A stretch of DNA of 64,000 nucleotides from positions 3,880 through 67,879 of the forward strand of contig JAZOMC010000014.1 of the NCBI GenBank assembly GCA_045653545.1. The letters are read 5' to 3'. The first letter of the stretch is position 1, and every line of letters starts with the position of its first letter. Below, piece after piece: positions 51,101 through 61,127 of this stretch. Position numbers and translations under genes: made by a program. Source of the stretch: Akkermansia sp. (lineage in GTDB: Bacteria; Verrucomicrobiota; Verrucomicrobiia; Verrucomicrobiales; Akkermansiaceae). The notes below the pieces were generated by a model. The model made no database searches, was not told the origin of the DNA, and saw only the letters and a program-made list of their open reading frames with translations.

Positions 51101-51691
51101 GCTGAGGATAAAAAGCCGCAGGAGGCAGAGGAAAAGCCTTCTCGCGCCGCCACGCCCTCCACATCCGCCCGAGGCGGGGCAGACTTCGGCACAGCTGTTC
51201 ACGAAGCGTGGGAGCAAGTGGAGTGGCTGACCGGGCAAGAACTCCCCTACTCAGCCCCGCTAAACGATGAACAGGCCGTGGTGAACAAGGCCCTGCAGCA
51301 AGCGGATGTAGCCGCACTCTTCACCCGACAAGCGGGACAAGTAGCCTACAATGAGCAATCAGTAGAAGCCATTAATGATAAAAACGAATGGGTATCCGCC
51401 GTTATTGACCGCCTCGTGCTCACGCATGATGACACCGGCCAAGTGGTAGCCGCCCACATCATCGACTTCAAAACCAACCGCCCCGTCCCCCGTGATGGCT
51501 ACACTGTTTTTGAAGAATGGCTTATGGCCCACTATGCCGGACAAATGCTCGGCTACAGAGAGCTCATCAGCGCCGCCTTCTCCCTTCCGCATGAGGCTAT
51601 CACCTTATCCCTTGTCTCCTGCCCAAGTGAGGGCACAGCCCAAGTTCTCACCTATACGGAGAAAAAGCTGCAAGGCTACACACAACAATAA
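48104..51691 (+). CDS. addA: AddA/RecB-like UvrD helicase-nuclease
   Basis: ASAGTGKT, LTFTRKAAGE, DEFQDTS, VGDTKQSIYGFR, MTMHKSKGLEF, LLYVAITRAK, IDRL...IIDFKT. Confidence 0.9.
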   Translation: MMNQQKQNTSSTAAEFHVTSNRIAASAGTGKTYQLASRYITLLLLGAKPEEIIALTFTRKAAGEFRNRILHALAEGADDKRDKKTGRNELAVRVWDVLSGLSVVPTEYGPWEVVPASNPIPLLPVTEAIVRLAAESRQYPEELYNGSEELQAYYQFRPATAATFADLLKDMVTVLSKLQLSTIDSFFSTLVSTNSLELGMNNVTPVDPTEEANIRTQDVLRYLDSKNKDEGSRADFLAMFSHITGGVGNTTQSRIEADVKAFLHLYRELPHTQWGNISTFSGGKNFRLATDEEMETYRHAAAELNELLTLHGSELLKDRALGQFKALANGALELKRESKAVMKNVPEGSNSQNPLSRIAMLATPLLKLAVPFKLRNAADRSANLQKLIADYAKIYDTRMKAEGRLTFNDISRMAQELMLRDEADEHLLRHHIAYRMGGKLAHWMLDEFQDTSESQFSTLTPLLQPIAEEAGGNTFDFSEERWTAAMPPELKDKLTPGRRHAVARESMFIVGDTKQSIYGFRTGKTDVFERLASEEPWKTPLQPSPLQRSFRSSPVIMDFTNQLFSALEKVECPEIAADGCIETAPVTFSADFTKHSSAKNIPGYVEMCFVPPPDKNEEEDASMKTRIFDKIVDVLKKLTVNEESPKNGMSIAILVRSNSDADEIQNHLRDSLPNLRTVLVKDSLAAVACPMGEMLLYFFKWLLHPGDEAALSVARASFLGEHIGRDTAISHAEWLQELQNIGFLGVVHKLLTTLPAEDAANNQAIIRCWENEALSFDTSGGSLADWVLHMKNLSVQAAGAAGAVQIMTMHKSKGLEFDAVILPYIGVKSTDSVSDIKYFISEDNQSFLLPPGGKDDWSYFGSTFTDLATQWQHQQRKEAYNLLYVAITRAKHANYIICHGAKLMELKENKNTGVITKSWKAPARSVGGLLRQACALMKPEEQLSLGTLTEEQIFPLMGEAQWYESMEKKTAAAAESTTPATLGAGIPRRKRVNPSALASAEDKKPQEAEEKPSRAATPSTSARGGADFGTAVHEAWEQVEWLTGQELPYSAPLNDEQAVVNKALQQADVAALFTRQAGQVAYNEQSVEAINDKNEWVSAVIDRLVLTHDDTGQVVAAHIIDFKTNRPVPRDGYTVFEEWLMAHYAGQMLGYRELISAAFSLPHEAITLSLVSCPSEGTAQVLTYTEKKLQGYTQQ

Positions 51692-51712
51692 GATTCTCCC
51701 CCCCTTTTCATT

Positions 51713-51751
51713 CCCGCGCAGCCGCTAGCGCCCGGCTGCGCGGGATTTTTT
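51713..51751 (+). terminator. Intrinsic terminator after addA
   Basis: cccgcgcagccg...cggctgcgcggg followed by a T run. Confidence 0.85.
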
Positions 51752-51853
51752 ATGTGAATGTTGACAACAATGGAAAACTAAGGTATAAGGAAACTGCGCG
51801 AGGCATATACCAAGCATAACTGTCTATCAAATCCAAAACTGTTTATCATCATT

Positions 51854-52477
51854 ATGAATACGACCACCGGCGTGGCTGTAGCCACCTTATTGCCGAAACT
51901 ACCCGAGCATTCCGCAACCAGACCGGCAACTGACGCCCCCATCCCCTACCATGGCTATCGCATGCTGACGGTAGTAGTGCCGCTCAACTCTCACGAGAGC
52001 CCGCTGAATCGACAGCGCAATATGAAAATACACTACGTGTTGCGCCTGCATTTCTGCCAATTAAACGGAGCTAGCCATTACGTCCGCATATCGCCGCAAA
52101 GCGAGTCGACCTTGCGACATGGAGCCCTGTGTTTCAGGTCCAAGCGCCAGTTTAAGCCGGAAAATCTACACAAGCAAGAGTGGCTGCCCCGACTCATCAA
52201 AAATCTCCAAGCAGAAGAACTCAGCCCCTACCTTTTTGTCTATGATGACGAGGGCGTGGGAGAGGCTACTCTCCTCGACACCATCCGCGTATCCTCTAAC
52301 GAAGCTTTACCTAAAGCACCCGTCCTCAAAGTCGTCACACTGCAAAATGGCTTTAATATGCATCCCACGCACGTTCCTCACTTTGCTTTCCAAATGCTGA
52401 TTACTCCGGCCAACCAACCGGTAAAGGATATCCGGGTCTCCCCCGAAAGTTACCGCTCGTACTTCGGCACGACGTAG
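51854..52477 (+). CDS. Hypothetical protein
   Basis: 207-aa ORF between terminator-bounded genes with a candidate TTGACA promoter at about 51761; no family recognised. Confidence 0.55.
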   Translation: MNTTTGVAVATLLPKLPEHSATRPATDAPIPYHGYRMLTVVVPLNSHESPLNRQRNMKIHYVLRLHFCQLNGASHYVRISPQSESTLRHGALCFRSKRQFKPENLHKQEWLPRLIKNLQAEELSPYLFVYDDEGVGEATLLDTIRVSSNEALPKAPVLKVVTLQNGFNMHPTHVPHFAFQMLITPANQPVKDIRVSPESYRSYFGTT

Positions 52478-52608
52478 TAAGCTCCCGGCCACCTATGATT
52501 TTTCCATTCTAGAGGGCGAGTTCCGCTGAGATTGTCCTCATCATAGAAAAACGGCGCTGCTCGTATCACGAAGCAGCGGCGTTTGTGTCAACTGTAAAAA
52601 AGAGCTTC

Positions 52609-53376
52609 TTACTTGCGGCGGCGGCGTGCAGCCAGACCAGCCAAGGCCAACAGGCTCAGTGTAGCCGTGGTGGGCTCGGGTACGGCGGGAGAAGGCTCAG
52701 GATCCGGAGTAATAGTATCCGGGTCTACCTCAGCTAAACTCACGGCCGGAGCGACTTCTTCATTGAAGAACACCAAGCCACCCATGGTGGAATAGGTATT
52801 GGGAACCATCAAACCGGGAATGTGCTCATCTTCTTTCAGTCTGTCACATGCGTCATCGATAACGTAGGCCAGATAATCGCCATTAGTAAATCGAGCGATA
52901 ATGGGCACCTCATTCGCAGAATACCATTCAGCGAAATCATTACCGAAAGCATCTCGTGTGCGGAACATGAGAACCATATATTCAGTTTCCGTCGGGCCTC
53001 CCAGAGTCAAAGCACCTGATGTAAAATCAAGCACAAGGGTATCACCTTCCGTTATCCTTATCGCAGAATCAGCCGCTGTTTCAGCAACATCCTCCAAAGA
53101 AAGCGGTTCATTGTATTTGTTTGCTAGATTAAGGCCCCATTGAATCTGCCCCTTCCTATCGTCGAAAGGAGGCTCTACCTTAGGATTGTCATTGAGGTCA
53201 TACACCACAACATTGCCGGTTTCCGAGTTGATAAGAGTTGCACCGGGGGCGATAACCTGAGACACAACGGGGGACTGCAAGTCGCCGTACGGCTTCAGAA
53301 TGATTTCCTTCGCGTAGCTCGTGGTAACGCCCAAGGAGAGCGCTGCTACTGCAAGAACTGACAGAGTCTTTTTCAT
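52609..53376 (-). CDS. PEP-CTERM sorting-domain surface protein
   Basis: Signal peptide; C-terminal VPEPTTATLSLLALAGLAARRRRK. Confidence 0.92.
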   Translation of the reverse strand: MKKTLSVLAVAALSLGVTTSYAKEIILKPYGDLQSPVVSQVIAPGATLINSETGNVVVYDLNDNPKVEPPFDDRKGQIQWGLNLANKYNEPLSLEDVAETAADSAIRITEGDTLVLDFTSGALTLGGPTETEYMVLMFRTRDAFGNDFAEWYSANEVPIIARFTNGDYLAYVIDDACDRLKEDEHIPGLMVPNTYSTMGGLVFFNEEVAPAVSLAEVDPDTITPDPEPSPAVPEPTTATLSLLALAGLAARRRRK

Positions 53377-53757
53377 TGTATATTAACAGTTTGTAATGTT
53401 TGACACGAAAGGAAAGAAAACCGAAGCGTTCGATTACACCCTCCTGACTGGTAGGATATTAGCAAAACGAAATTGGCAGGTCAAGCGCAAATATGCTAAA
53501 AATTAGATTTTTTTTCGGCAGAGGGGTATTCCTCGCGCTGGGGCGCTGTTATGTGGCCCACACGGAATGAGAGAACCAAGCGGGCATAGAAGCCAGCTTA
53601 TGGCAGTAAAGCAAGCGGAAGCAGAGGGTAAGACGAAAAAAATGCATAGAAAAGTGAAATTTGTCTTTACAAACGGTCACAACGGAGTATAATGCGCGTC
53701 CCGACGCAAATGCTTCGCGACCGAAAATCTTAATAACACACAACCAAACCAGAGATC

Positions 53758-53922
53758 ATGAAAGTTCTTTCCTCACTCGCCTCCATGAAGCGCCGTCACG
53801 CTGATTGCCAGATCGTGAAGCGTAAGGGCACGCTCTACGTTATCTGCAAGAGCAACCCGAAGTTCAAGGCTCGACAGGGCACGACTGCCGGCACGCGCCT
53901 GAGCAAGAAGGGTGTTAAGTAA
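53758..53922 (+). CDS. rpmJ: 50S ribosomal protein L36, type B (Zn-ribbon-deficient), 54 aa
   Basis: Not in the ORF track. [54 protein letters not shown]. Confidence 0.92.
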   Translation: MKVLSSLASMKRRHADCQIVKRKGTLYVICKSNPKFKARQGTTAGTRLSKKGVK

Positions 53923-53948
53923 ACCCGCGCGGGTATAACCGCACGCAG

Positions 53949-53989
53949 AAAAAGGAGACCGGTGTGTTAATGAACCCCGGTCCTTTTTT
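53949..53989 (+). terminator. Terminator after rpmJ
   Basis: aaaaaggagaccgg...ccggtcctttttt. Confidence 0.75.
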
Positions 53990-54020
53990 CTTTTCCCCCT
54001 TGCCCCGCCTCAGCAGCACC

Positions 54021-55157
54021 ATGGAAAACACCGTCCGCACAGAAATCTTCCCCATTGGCGAGTTCACCTTTGATAGTGGTGAAACCCTGCCGGATATGCA
54101 GCTGGCCTATGAGACCTACGGCACGCTGGCCCCGGATAAAAATAATGCCATCCTCCTCTTCCACGCCCTCACCGGCAGCCACCACGCCCACGGGTACAAC
54201 GATGATGTACCGGAGGCCGGCAGCTTCTGGCAGCCGGAGTATTACGAGGGGTGGTGGGACCGCATGCTGGGCCCGGGCAAGCCGCTGGACACGGACAAGT
54301 ACTTCATCGTGTGCGTGAACTTCCTGGGCAGCTGCTATGGTTCCAGTGGACCTGCCAGCATCGCCCCGGACGGCGAGCCGTGGGGCAGCCGCTTCCCCAT
54401 GGTGAATGCGAATGATCAGGCCCGTGCGCAGATTAAGCTGTTTGACCACTTGGGGATAGACCGCTTTGTACTGGTGGGGCCGAGCGTGGGCGGCATGCTC
54501 TCGCTGGCTTTTGCAAACCTGTACCCGGAGCGCATTAAGAGCATTATTATCATCGGTGCAAACTACAAGCCGACCATCGCGCACCAGCTGAGCAGCTTCG
54601 AGCAGTTCTGCGCCATTGAAATGGATGAGAAGTACCGCGAAGGGCGTTACCCTCTGAATGATCCGCCCCTGCGCGGCGTGGCTCTTGCACGCATTATCTG
54701 CCACAAGCACTTCATCTACCAGCGAGGGCTGGCCAAGCGCGCACGCAAAGGCTGCTCACCGGACCGCAAGGGACTGCTCACTTGGTACACCCCTGCCCGC
54801 AGCACGGAGAGCTACATGCTGCAACAAGGCACCAAGGTCGCGACGCGCTTTGATGCGAATGCGTACATCCGCATCATCAACATGTGGACCTCCTTTGATT
54901 TGGAGGCCATCACCGGGCGCAGCACGGATGAATGCTTCCGCCGCTACGCGGAATACGGCATCCCCTTTATCCTCTTCTCCATTGACACAGACTGCTGCTT
55001 CAGTGCACGCGAAATCTCCCTGTTCCACCGCCGCCTCGTGAAGAACGGCGTGCAGGCTGAGTACAGGTGCATTAAATCCGCTAAGGGACATGATTCCTTC
55101 CTTCTGGAGCCCGAGCTTTATGAAGAAGGCGTCAAGGCTTACCTTGGCCGAAGCTAA
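54021..55157 (+). CDS. metX: Homoserine O-acetyltransferase (MetX family)
   Basis: LAYETYG, FHALTG, GWW..M.GPGK.LDTDKYF, GPSVGGM, RFDAN, GHDSFL; start at MENTV. Confidence 0.88.
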   Translation: MENTVRTEIFPIGEFTFDSGETLPDMQLAYETYGTLAPDKNNAILLFHALTGSHHAHGYNDDVPEAGSFWQPEYYEGWWDRMLGPGKPLDTDKYFIVCVNFLGSCYGSSGPASIAPDGEPWGSRFPMVNANDQARAQIKLFDHLGIDRFVLVGPSVGGMLSLAFANLYPERIKSIIIIGANYKPTIAHQLSSFEQFCAIEMDEKYREGRYPLNDPPLRGVALARIICHKHFIYQRGLAKRARKGCSPDRKGLLTWYTPARSTESYMLQQGTKVATRFDANAYIRIINMWTSFDLEAITGRSTDECFRRYAEYGIPFILFSIDTDCCFSAREISLFHRRLVKNGVQAEYRCIKSAKGHDSFLLEPELYEEGVKAYLGRS

Positions 55158-55338
55158 AGCATTATTTTTAACATCATACATTCCGCGCGGAAGTTCCCAT
55201 GCTCCGCGCGGATTTTTCTTTTTAACACATGCCTCCTGAATACAGCAAAAAGCTGTTTTTTAAGTAAAAAATGCATTTACCGCTTGCAACGGCGTGGGGT
55301 TCATGGTATACATAAGAAGTCAACACAACGCATATAGC

Positions 55339-56094
55339 ATGAAAATTCAACTTAACAGACAGAAAAAAGGTTTCACCCTGATTGAGCTTATGGTGGTTAT
55401 CGCCATTCTTGCCTCTCTGGCAGCAGTGGGTTATGGCCCCATCATGGAGCACATGAACGACGGTGACCGTCAGCAGGCCAGCTCCAACTTGGGTCAGCTG
55501 CAGAAGATGCTCTTCACCTTCGGTCAGGAGAACGGCCAGTATCCCTGCGATGCTACCGCTGAAAACCTCCGCACAGAGCATGCAGATTTGGACTTCGGTG
55601 AGCTCACCGGCTCTAAGTCCAACGCCTACCTGCGCCAGCTCTTCTACGGCAGCAGCACCTCTGAGACAACCTTCTTTGCCAAGCACGCCGGCACCCGTGA
55701 GCCCGATGGCCGTATCGCCAATGGCCAGTGCCTTGCCCGCGGTGAGAACGCATTTGCCTACGTTCTCCGCAAGGAAAGCGGCAATGCAGAGGACGCTCCC
55801 GGTCTCCGCTCCGTGGCTGATACTCCCAGCGGCGTACCGCTCGCTCTTTCCTGCGTGCCCTCCACCGCTAACCCCATCCCCGGTGACAAGCTTTACTTCA
55901 ACCGCGACCTCTTCTACGCTCACGCCTTCATGGTACGCATCGACGGTTCTACCGTTGACCTGAAGGACAAGCTGACTGAGGATGCCGAGGACGAATCCCG
56001 CAGCGTATTTACCGATAACTACTCTCCCTTCCCTGAGAGCCGCCGCGGTAACGCTACAGCCCCGAACTACGTCATCGTGACTCCCGAGCTGTAA
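55339..56094 (+). CDS. Type IV pilin / T2SS pseudopilin-like protein
   Basis: Prepilin motif KKGFTLIELMVVIAIL; start at MKIQ. Confidence 0.85.
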   Translation: MKIQLNRQKKGFTLIELMVVIAILASLAAVGYGPIMEHMNDGDRQQASSNLGQLQKMLFTFGQENGQYPCDATAENLRTEHADLDFGELTGSKSNAYLRQLFYGSSTSETTFFAKHAGTREPDGRIANGQCLARGENAFAYVLRKESGNAEDAPGLRSVADTPSGVPLALSCVPSTANPIPGDKLYFNRDLFYAHAFMVRIDGSTVDLKDKLTEDAEDESRSVFTDNYSPFPESRRGNATAPNYVIVTPEL

Positions 56095-56120
56095 AGCACA
56101 CCTTACACCATTCATCAAAG

Positions 56121-56152
56121 AACGCGCAGAGAGGCCTCTCTGCGCGTTTTTT
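56121..56152 (+). terminator. Terminator after the pilin-like gene
   Basis: aacgcgcagagagg cctctctgcgcgtt followed by a T run. Confidence 0.85.
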
Positions 56153-56345
56153 ATATGCTTGCCTATAGCGTCCAGAAATAAGCAGTGCGGATATTCCCCA
56201 GCCCATCTGAAAGCGTTGCACGAGGCGCTCCCCTCCTCTGTATTCCACGCGCTCTATGCCCGCCCTGAGGCATTACCTGCTGGAGGCGGCAATGGGAATA
56301 GCTCAGTCTCCTCAAAGGGCGCAGGAAGAGGCGCAGAATACCCAT

Positions 56346-56386
56346 AAAAAAGCAGAGCCCCGAAAGCCGGAGCTCTGCTTTATTTT
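56346..56386 (-). terminator. Terminator after the efflux operon
   Basis: aaagcagagc...gctctgcttt with an A-run on + (T-run on -). Confidence 0.7.
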
Positions 56387-56405
56387 CAGGTGGTAGAAAA
56401 AGCGC

Positions 56406-57800
56406 TTAATTCTGCCAGCCGCCACCCAGCTGCGTGTACAGAGTGGGAATGCAAGCGGCATACTGATAACGATAAGAAGCTAGCTGCTTCTGAGCCGGGA
56501 AGAGGCGCAGCTGATTATCCAGCACCTCAAAGTAGGCGGAATAGCCAGCGGTGTAGCGATCCTTAGCCAGATTCACGCTCTGCTGATAAGCGGCCACAGC
56601 GGCCTCCTGACGAGAAATGGCTTCACGAAGCTTCTCACGCTGCACCAGAGTGGTGGCCACCTCAGCCATGGCGTTCAGCACAGTCTGCTCATATTCAGCC
56701 TTGGCAGCAAGGAATGACTCGCGGCGAGCATTCTCCGTGGCACTGAGGCGACCGGCCTGGAAGAGCGGGCCTGTAAGATTGGCACCGATACCCCAGCCGT
56801 GGCTGCGGCCGAAGACGGAATGACGCAAATCAGAGGAGGCATAACCGGCGGCACCGGTAAGGCTGATGGTGGGGAAGTAGCTGGCGATTGCCACGCCGAT
56901 ATCAGCATTCGCAGCGCGCATGGCCTGCTCCTTGGCGCGGATATCCGGGCGGCGGGAAAGAACATCAGCCGGGATGCCGGGAGCCACACGGGAGGCATTC
57001 ATATAGGACTGCAGAGAGCCACTGCGGGCAATACGGCCGGGCATGCGACCGGCAAGCACGGAGAGGGAGTTCTCCAGCGCTGCAATCTGCATTTCCAACG
57101 CAGGAGCCTCAGCCTGAGCAGAGGCGAGAGCGGCCTGAGCACTGGCCACCTGCAGGCGGTCTACCACACCTTCCTGCAGCTGGTCGTTGAAGAGCTTCAG
57201 CGTATCACTGTAGGACTCCACGCTATTACGGGTAATGCGCAGCTGCTCATCCAGCATAAGAAGCTGGAGATAGCCTGTGGCCACCTGGCGCATCAGGGAA
57301 ATGCGGAGGTTGTTAAGCTGCTCTTGGGCTTCCTGAGCGGAGGCCTCAGCGCCTTCCACCTCACGGCGAGTCTTACCCCAAATATCAATCTCCCAGCTGG
57401 CGCTCAGCGCTGCAGAGCCGGGGTTCGTGGTAACGCTGCCGGTATTCGTGATGTTGGCACCGCCGGCAGAGTTCATACCCTTGGAGGTAGAAGCACTGTA
57501 CCCAAACCAAGGGAAGATGGGCGCACGAGCTACGGTGACATACTGGCGAGCAACTTCCACATTATGCTGAAGGGAAACGAGATCACGGTTATTATTAAAA
57601 ACATCCGTCAGCAGAGCCTGAAGGTTATGGTCTTTCATGACAGCCTGCCAAGGCAGGTCCGCCATATTACCATCACCTACACCGGCTCCGCGGAATACGG
57701 CAGGTACTTCCATCTGCGGTTTTTCCCAGCTCGGGCCGAGTGTACAGGCCGTAGTGAGCACCACAGCACCGGCAAGGGTCATTAATGCGCTTTTTCTCAT
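56406..57800 (-). CDS. RND outer-membrane factor lipoprotein (OprM/NodT family)
   Basis: Lipobox LTTAC, SWEIDIWG, RRPDIRA.E, ASYFPTISLTG, LYTQLGGGW. Confidence 0.92.
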   Translation of the reverse strand: MRKSALMTLAGAVVLTTACTLGPSWEKPQMEVPAVFRGAGVGDGNMADLPWQAVMKDHNLQALLTDVFNNNRDLVSLQHNVEVARQYVTVARAPIFPWFGYSASTSKGMNSAGGANITNTGSVTTNPGSAALSASWEIDIWGKTRREVEGAEASAQEAQEQLNNLRISLMRQVATGYLQLLMLDEQLRITRNSVESYSDTLKLFNDQLQEGVVDRLQVASAQAALASAQAEAPALEMQIAALENSLSVLAGRMPGRIARSGSLQSYMNASRVAPGIPADVLSRRPDIRAKEQAMRAANADIGVAIASYFPTISLTGAAGYASSDLRHSVFGRSHGWGIGANLTGPLFQAGRLSATENARRESFLAAKAEYEQTVLNAMAEVATTLVQREKLREAISRQEAAVAAYQQSVNLAKDRYTAGYSAYFEVLDNQLRLFPAQKQLASYRYQYAACIPTLYTQLGGGWQN

Positions 57801-57847
57801 ATTTTATTATGGGGGATTAAGAGTTAAGAAAAGAAGATTTACGGGGA

Positions 57848-60800
57848 TTAGATTTCATCATGTTCATGCTCCACGAGGTAACGGCGAGCGCCTTCCTCAT
57901 CCGGATCCTCTGCAAGAGTCTTCTTCTTGAAGGTAATGCGGAAGAGGCGCATGATGAAGACATAAGAACAGGGAATGAGGAACACACCCACAAGAGTGGC
58001 CACCGTCATACCAGTCCCCACCACCGCGCCGATGGCGTTTCGGGCCAAGGCACCGGAACCACTGGAGAGCAGGAGCGGCACACAGCCCAGAATGAAGGCA
58101 AAGGAAGTCATGATAATGGGACGCAGGCGCAGGCGTGCAGCCGTGAGCGTGGACTCCATCAGGCTCTTGCCACGCTCCATTTCAAGATTAGCAAACTCCA
58201 CGATAAGAATGGCATTCTTAGCGGCAAGCCCCACCAGCATGATGAGGCCCACCTGAGCATACAGCGTAAGGTCAAGCTCCCAGACATAGAGGCCCATGTA
58301 GGCACCAAGCACGGCGATGGGCACCGTCATGAACACAGAGATGGGCAGCGTCCACTTCTCATACAGAGCCACGAGAATGAGGAAGGCGAAGAAGCCGGAC
58401 ATGAGGAAAATAGTGCCGAGGCCGGTACTGTTACGCACCTTGTTTTCCTGGAAGGACATATCCTGATAGTCCATGCCCACCTTGGTCTTATCCATCGTTT
58501 CCTCGAAAACTTCCTCCATGGCAACCATGAGCTGCTGGGTGGACACACCCGGTCGAGGCATGACATTGAGCTTAGCCGCGTTATAACCGTTGTGGTGCAT
58601 CACGAACTCAGTATCAGCGATTTCTGAGATACTTACGATAGCATCCAGCGGTACTCTCTCACCGCGATTGTTAATCACGAAGAAGCCCTTCATCTGGTCC
58701 AGACTTACGCGGTCCTCACCACGAGCCTGCATAAACACCTGCCATTGCTGGCCGAAGGCATTGAAGAAGTTCACGAATGATGAACCATAGTAAGAGGCCA
58801 GCACGCCATAAGCATCACTAATGTTCACGCCAAACTTCTGACACTTAGCGCGGTCCAGCGAGATGTGGCGCTGGGGCACATCCGCCATCATCATATGGCG
58901 GCACATGGCCACCTCGCTTCGGGCTGAGGCTGCCTGATTAAACTTCTGCACCTGCTGATACAGGAACTCCACGCCCTGGCCTTCCAAGTCCGTCAGCACC
59001 ATGGTAACACCATTTGCCGTACCTACGCCGGGAATAGCCGGGGGAATGAGCACCATGCTGATGCCATCAAGACCGGCCTGAGCACAGCGGGCACTGAGGC
59101 GCTTCTGTACATCCTCAGCGCTTTCTTCACGCTCGCTCCAATCCTTCAGCTGCACGAAGGCGATGGCAGCACCGGGGGTCTGCACCATGTTCAGGATGTT
59201 GATACCCACCACGGAGGTGAGGTTCTGAATTGCAGGGTCAGGATTATCAGCCGGGCCGCCAAGGGCATCCTCAAAGCGCTGGGCCTGCACCATGGCACGC
59301 TGCAGGGATGTCTCAGGCTTCATGACAAGTGCAGCCAGCAGGAAGCCCTGATCTTCATCGGGAAGGAAGGCGCCGGGCACTTTATCACTCACAGGCTTAA
59401 TAGCCGCCCAGAAGAGCAGCAGCAAAGGCATGGAGATGATAAGCTTGCGAGCCAGACCACCGCAGATGCGGGTGTAAACACTGGCCGTGCTATCATAGCA
59501 CTTGTTGAACAAGCGGAAGAACGGCTTGGCTATCCCATGATTGAGCTTAAACACAATGCGGCGCAGCACATTCTTGGGCATTGTATTATTCTCCTCCTTG
59601 CTCTTGAGCATAAGTGCGCAGAGTGCGGGAGAAAGAGTAAGAGCATTGAATGCTGAGATGAGCATCGATATAGCAATGGTGATGGCAAACTGCTTAAAGA
59701 GCGTACCGGTGATACCTTCCAGCATCAGCGAGGGAAGGAACACGGCAGCCAGCACCAGAGCAATGGCGATTACAGGGCCGCTCACTTCCTGCATGGCAGC
59801 AAAGGAGGCCATGCGGGGATTCAGCCCCTTCTCAATGTGGTGCTGCACAGCTTCCACCACCACGATGGCATCATCCACCACCAGACCGATAGCGAGCACC
59901 ATGCCCAGCAGGGAGATAGTGTTCAGCGTGAAGCCCAGCAAGGGGAACACACAGAAGGTGGAAATAAGAGACACCGGCACGGCAATGAGCGGAATGGCCG
60001 TAGCGCGCCAGCTCTGCAGGAAAAGGAACACCACCAGAGCCACCAGCACGATAGCCTCAATGAAGGTCTGCTTAATCTCCTCAATGGAGTAACGCACAGA
60101 GGTAGTCGTATCAAGCGATACGTTGCCCTCGATGCCCGGAGGAAGGGCCTTACTCGCCAATAGGGCACTCACGCGGTCCACCGTCTCAATAGCATTCGAG
60201 CCGGGGGACTGGAAAATCACCACACTGGCAGACGGGCGACGATTCAAACGGCCGGTGACGGAATAGTCCGCCGAGCCGAGCTCAATGGTGGCGATATCCT
60301 TCAGGTACACCACTTCATCACCGCGCTGACGCACAATAATCTGCTCAAATTGCTCGGGGGTGGAGAGGCGGCCCTCCGTGCGGATAGTGATGGTGCATTC
60401 CTGACCATCGGGCACGGGGTCTGCGCCCACCTTACCGCCGGGGTTCGTAACGTTCTGCTGGCGGATAGCGCCCTGCACTTCGTTAACAGAAATACCGAAG
60501 TGAGACATCTTCACCGTGTTCAGCCAGATACGGATAGCATAGCGACCGGCACCATACACCGTCACCTCACCCACGCCGGGTACGCGCTTAATCTCATCCA
60601 AAAGCTTAACCTGAGCGTAGTTAGCGAGGTCCACGGAATCATAGGAGCCATCCGGGGAGGTAAGTGAATAGAGCATCAACGGCAGACCGGGCTGCTGGCG
60701 AATAGTGATGCCTGAGTTCAGCACTTCCGTGGGCACCTGAGACTGAGCCTGACCATAGCGCATGTTGGTAAGCACCTGGTCCAAGTCCGTATCAGAGCCG

Positions 60801-61087
60801 GGTTCAAACACAATCTGGAGGTTATAGACACCGTTGTTCGAAGAAACGGATGTCATGTAATCCATGTGATTCACACCGTTCATCTGGCGCTCAATGGGTG
60901 TACCAACGGAATCAGCCACGGCCTGAGCATCAGCGCCCGGATACACCGCGGTGAGATTAATGGTGCGAGGGGTAATCTCCGGGTACTGCTCGATGGGAAG
61001 ATTCATCATGCAGACCACACCCAGCATGGTAGTCAGCACTGCGATAACAGTAGCTATAACCGGGTGTTTAATGAAGTAGGCACTCAT
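57848..61087 (-). CDS. RND permease, HAE1 family
   Basis: FIKHPV, LPIEQYPEI, AIGLVVDDAIVVVE, GLAAKNAILIVEFA, RLRPIIMTS. Confidence 0.95.
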   Translation of the reverse strand: MSAYFIKHPVIATVIAVLTTMLGVVCMMNLPIEQYPEITPRTINLTAVYPGADAQAVADSVGTPIERQMNGVNHMDYMTSVSSNNGVYNLQIVFEPGSDTDLDQVLTNMRYGQAQSQVPTEVLNSGITIRQQPGLPLMLYSLTSPDGSYDSVDLANYAQVKLLDEIKRVPGVGEVTVYGAGRYAIRIWLNTVKMSHFGISVNEVQGAIRQQNVTNPGGKVGADPVPDGQECTITIRTEGRLSTPEQFEQIIVRQRGDEVVYLKDIATIELGSADYSVTGRLNRRPSASVVIFQSPGSNAIETVDRVSALLASKALPPGIEGNVSLDTTTSVRYSIEEIKQTFIEAIVLVALVVFLFLQSWRATAIPLIAVPVSLISTFCVFPLLGFTLNTISLLGMVLAIGLVVDDAIVVVEAVQHHIEKGLNPRMASFAAMQEVSGPVIAIALVLAAVFLPSLMLEGITGTLFKQFAITIAISMLISAFNALTLSPALCALMLKSKEENNTMPKNVLRRIVFKLNHGIAKPFFRLFNKCYDSTASVYTRICGGLARKLIISMPLLLLFWAAIKPVSDKVPGAFLPDEDQGFLLAALVMKPETSLQRAMVQAQRFEDALGGPADNPDPAIQNLTSVVGINILNMVQTPGAAIAFVQLKDWSEREESAEDVQKRLSARCAQAGLDGISMVLIPPAIPGVGTANGVTMVLTDLEGQGVEFLYQQVQKFNQAASARSEVAMCRHMMMADVPQRHISLDRAKCQKFGVNISDAYGVLASYYGSSFVNFFNAFGQQWQVFMQARGEDRVSLDQMKGFFVINNRGERVPLDAIVSISEIADTEFVMHHNGYNAAKLNVMPRPGVSTQQLMVAMEEVFEETMDKTKVGMDYQDMSFQENKVRNSTGLGTIFLMSGFFAFLILVALYEKWTLPISVFMTVPIAVLGAYMGLYVWELDLTLYAQVGLIMLVGLAAKNAILIVEFANLEMERGKSLMESTLTAARLRLRPIIMTSFAFILGCVPLLLSSGSGALARNAIGAVVGTGMTVATLVGVFLIPCSYVFIMRLFRITFKKKTLAEDPDEEGARRYLVEHEHDEI

Positions 61088-61127
61088 ATATAAACCTTAC
61101 AGTTTTTCAGACAAAAAAGGTGATGAA

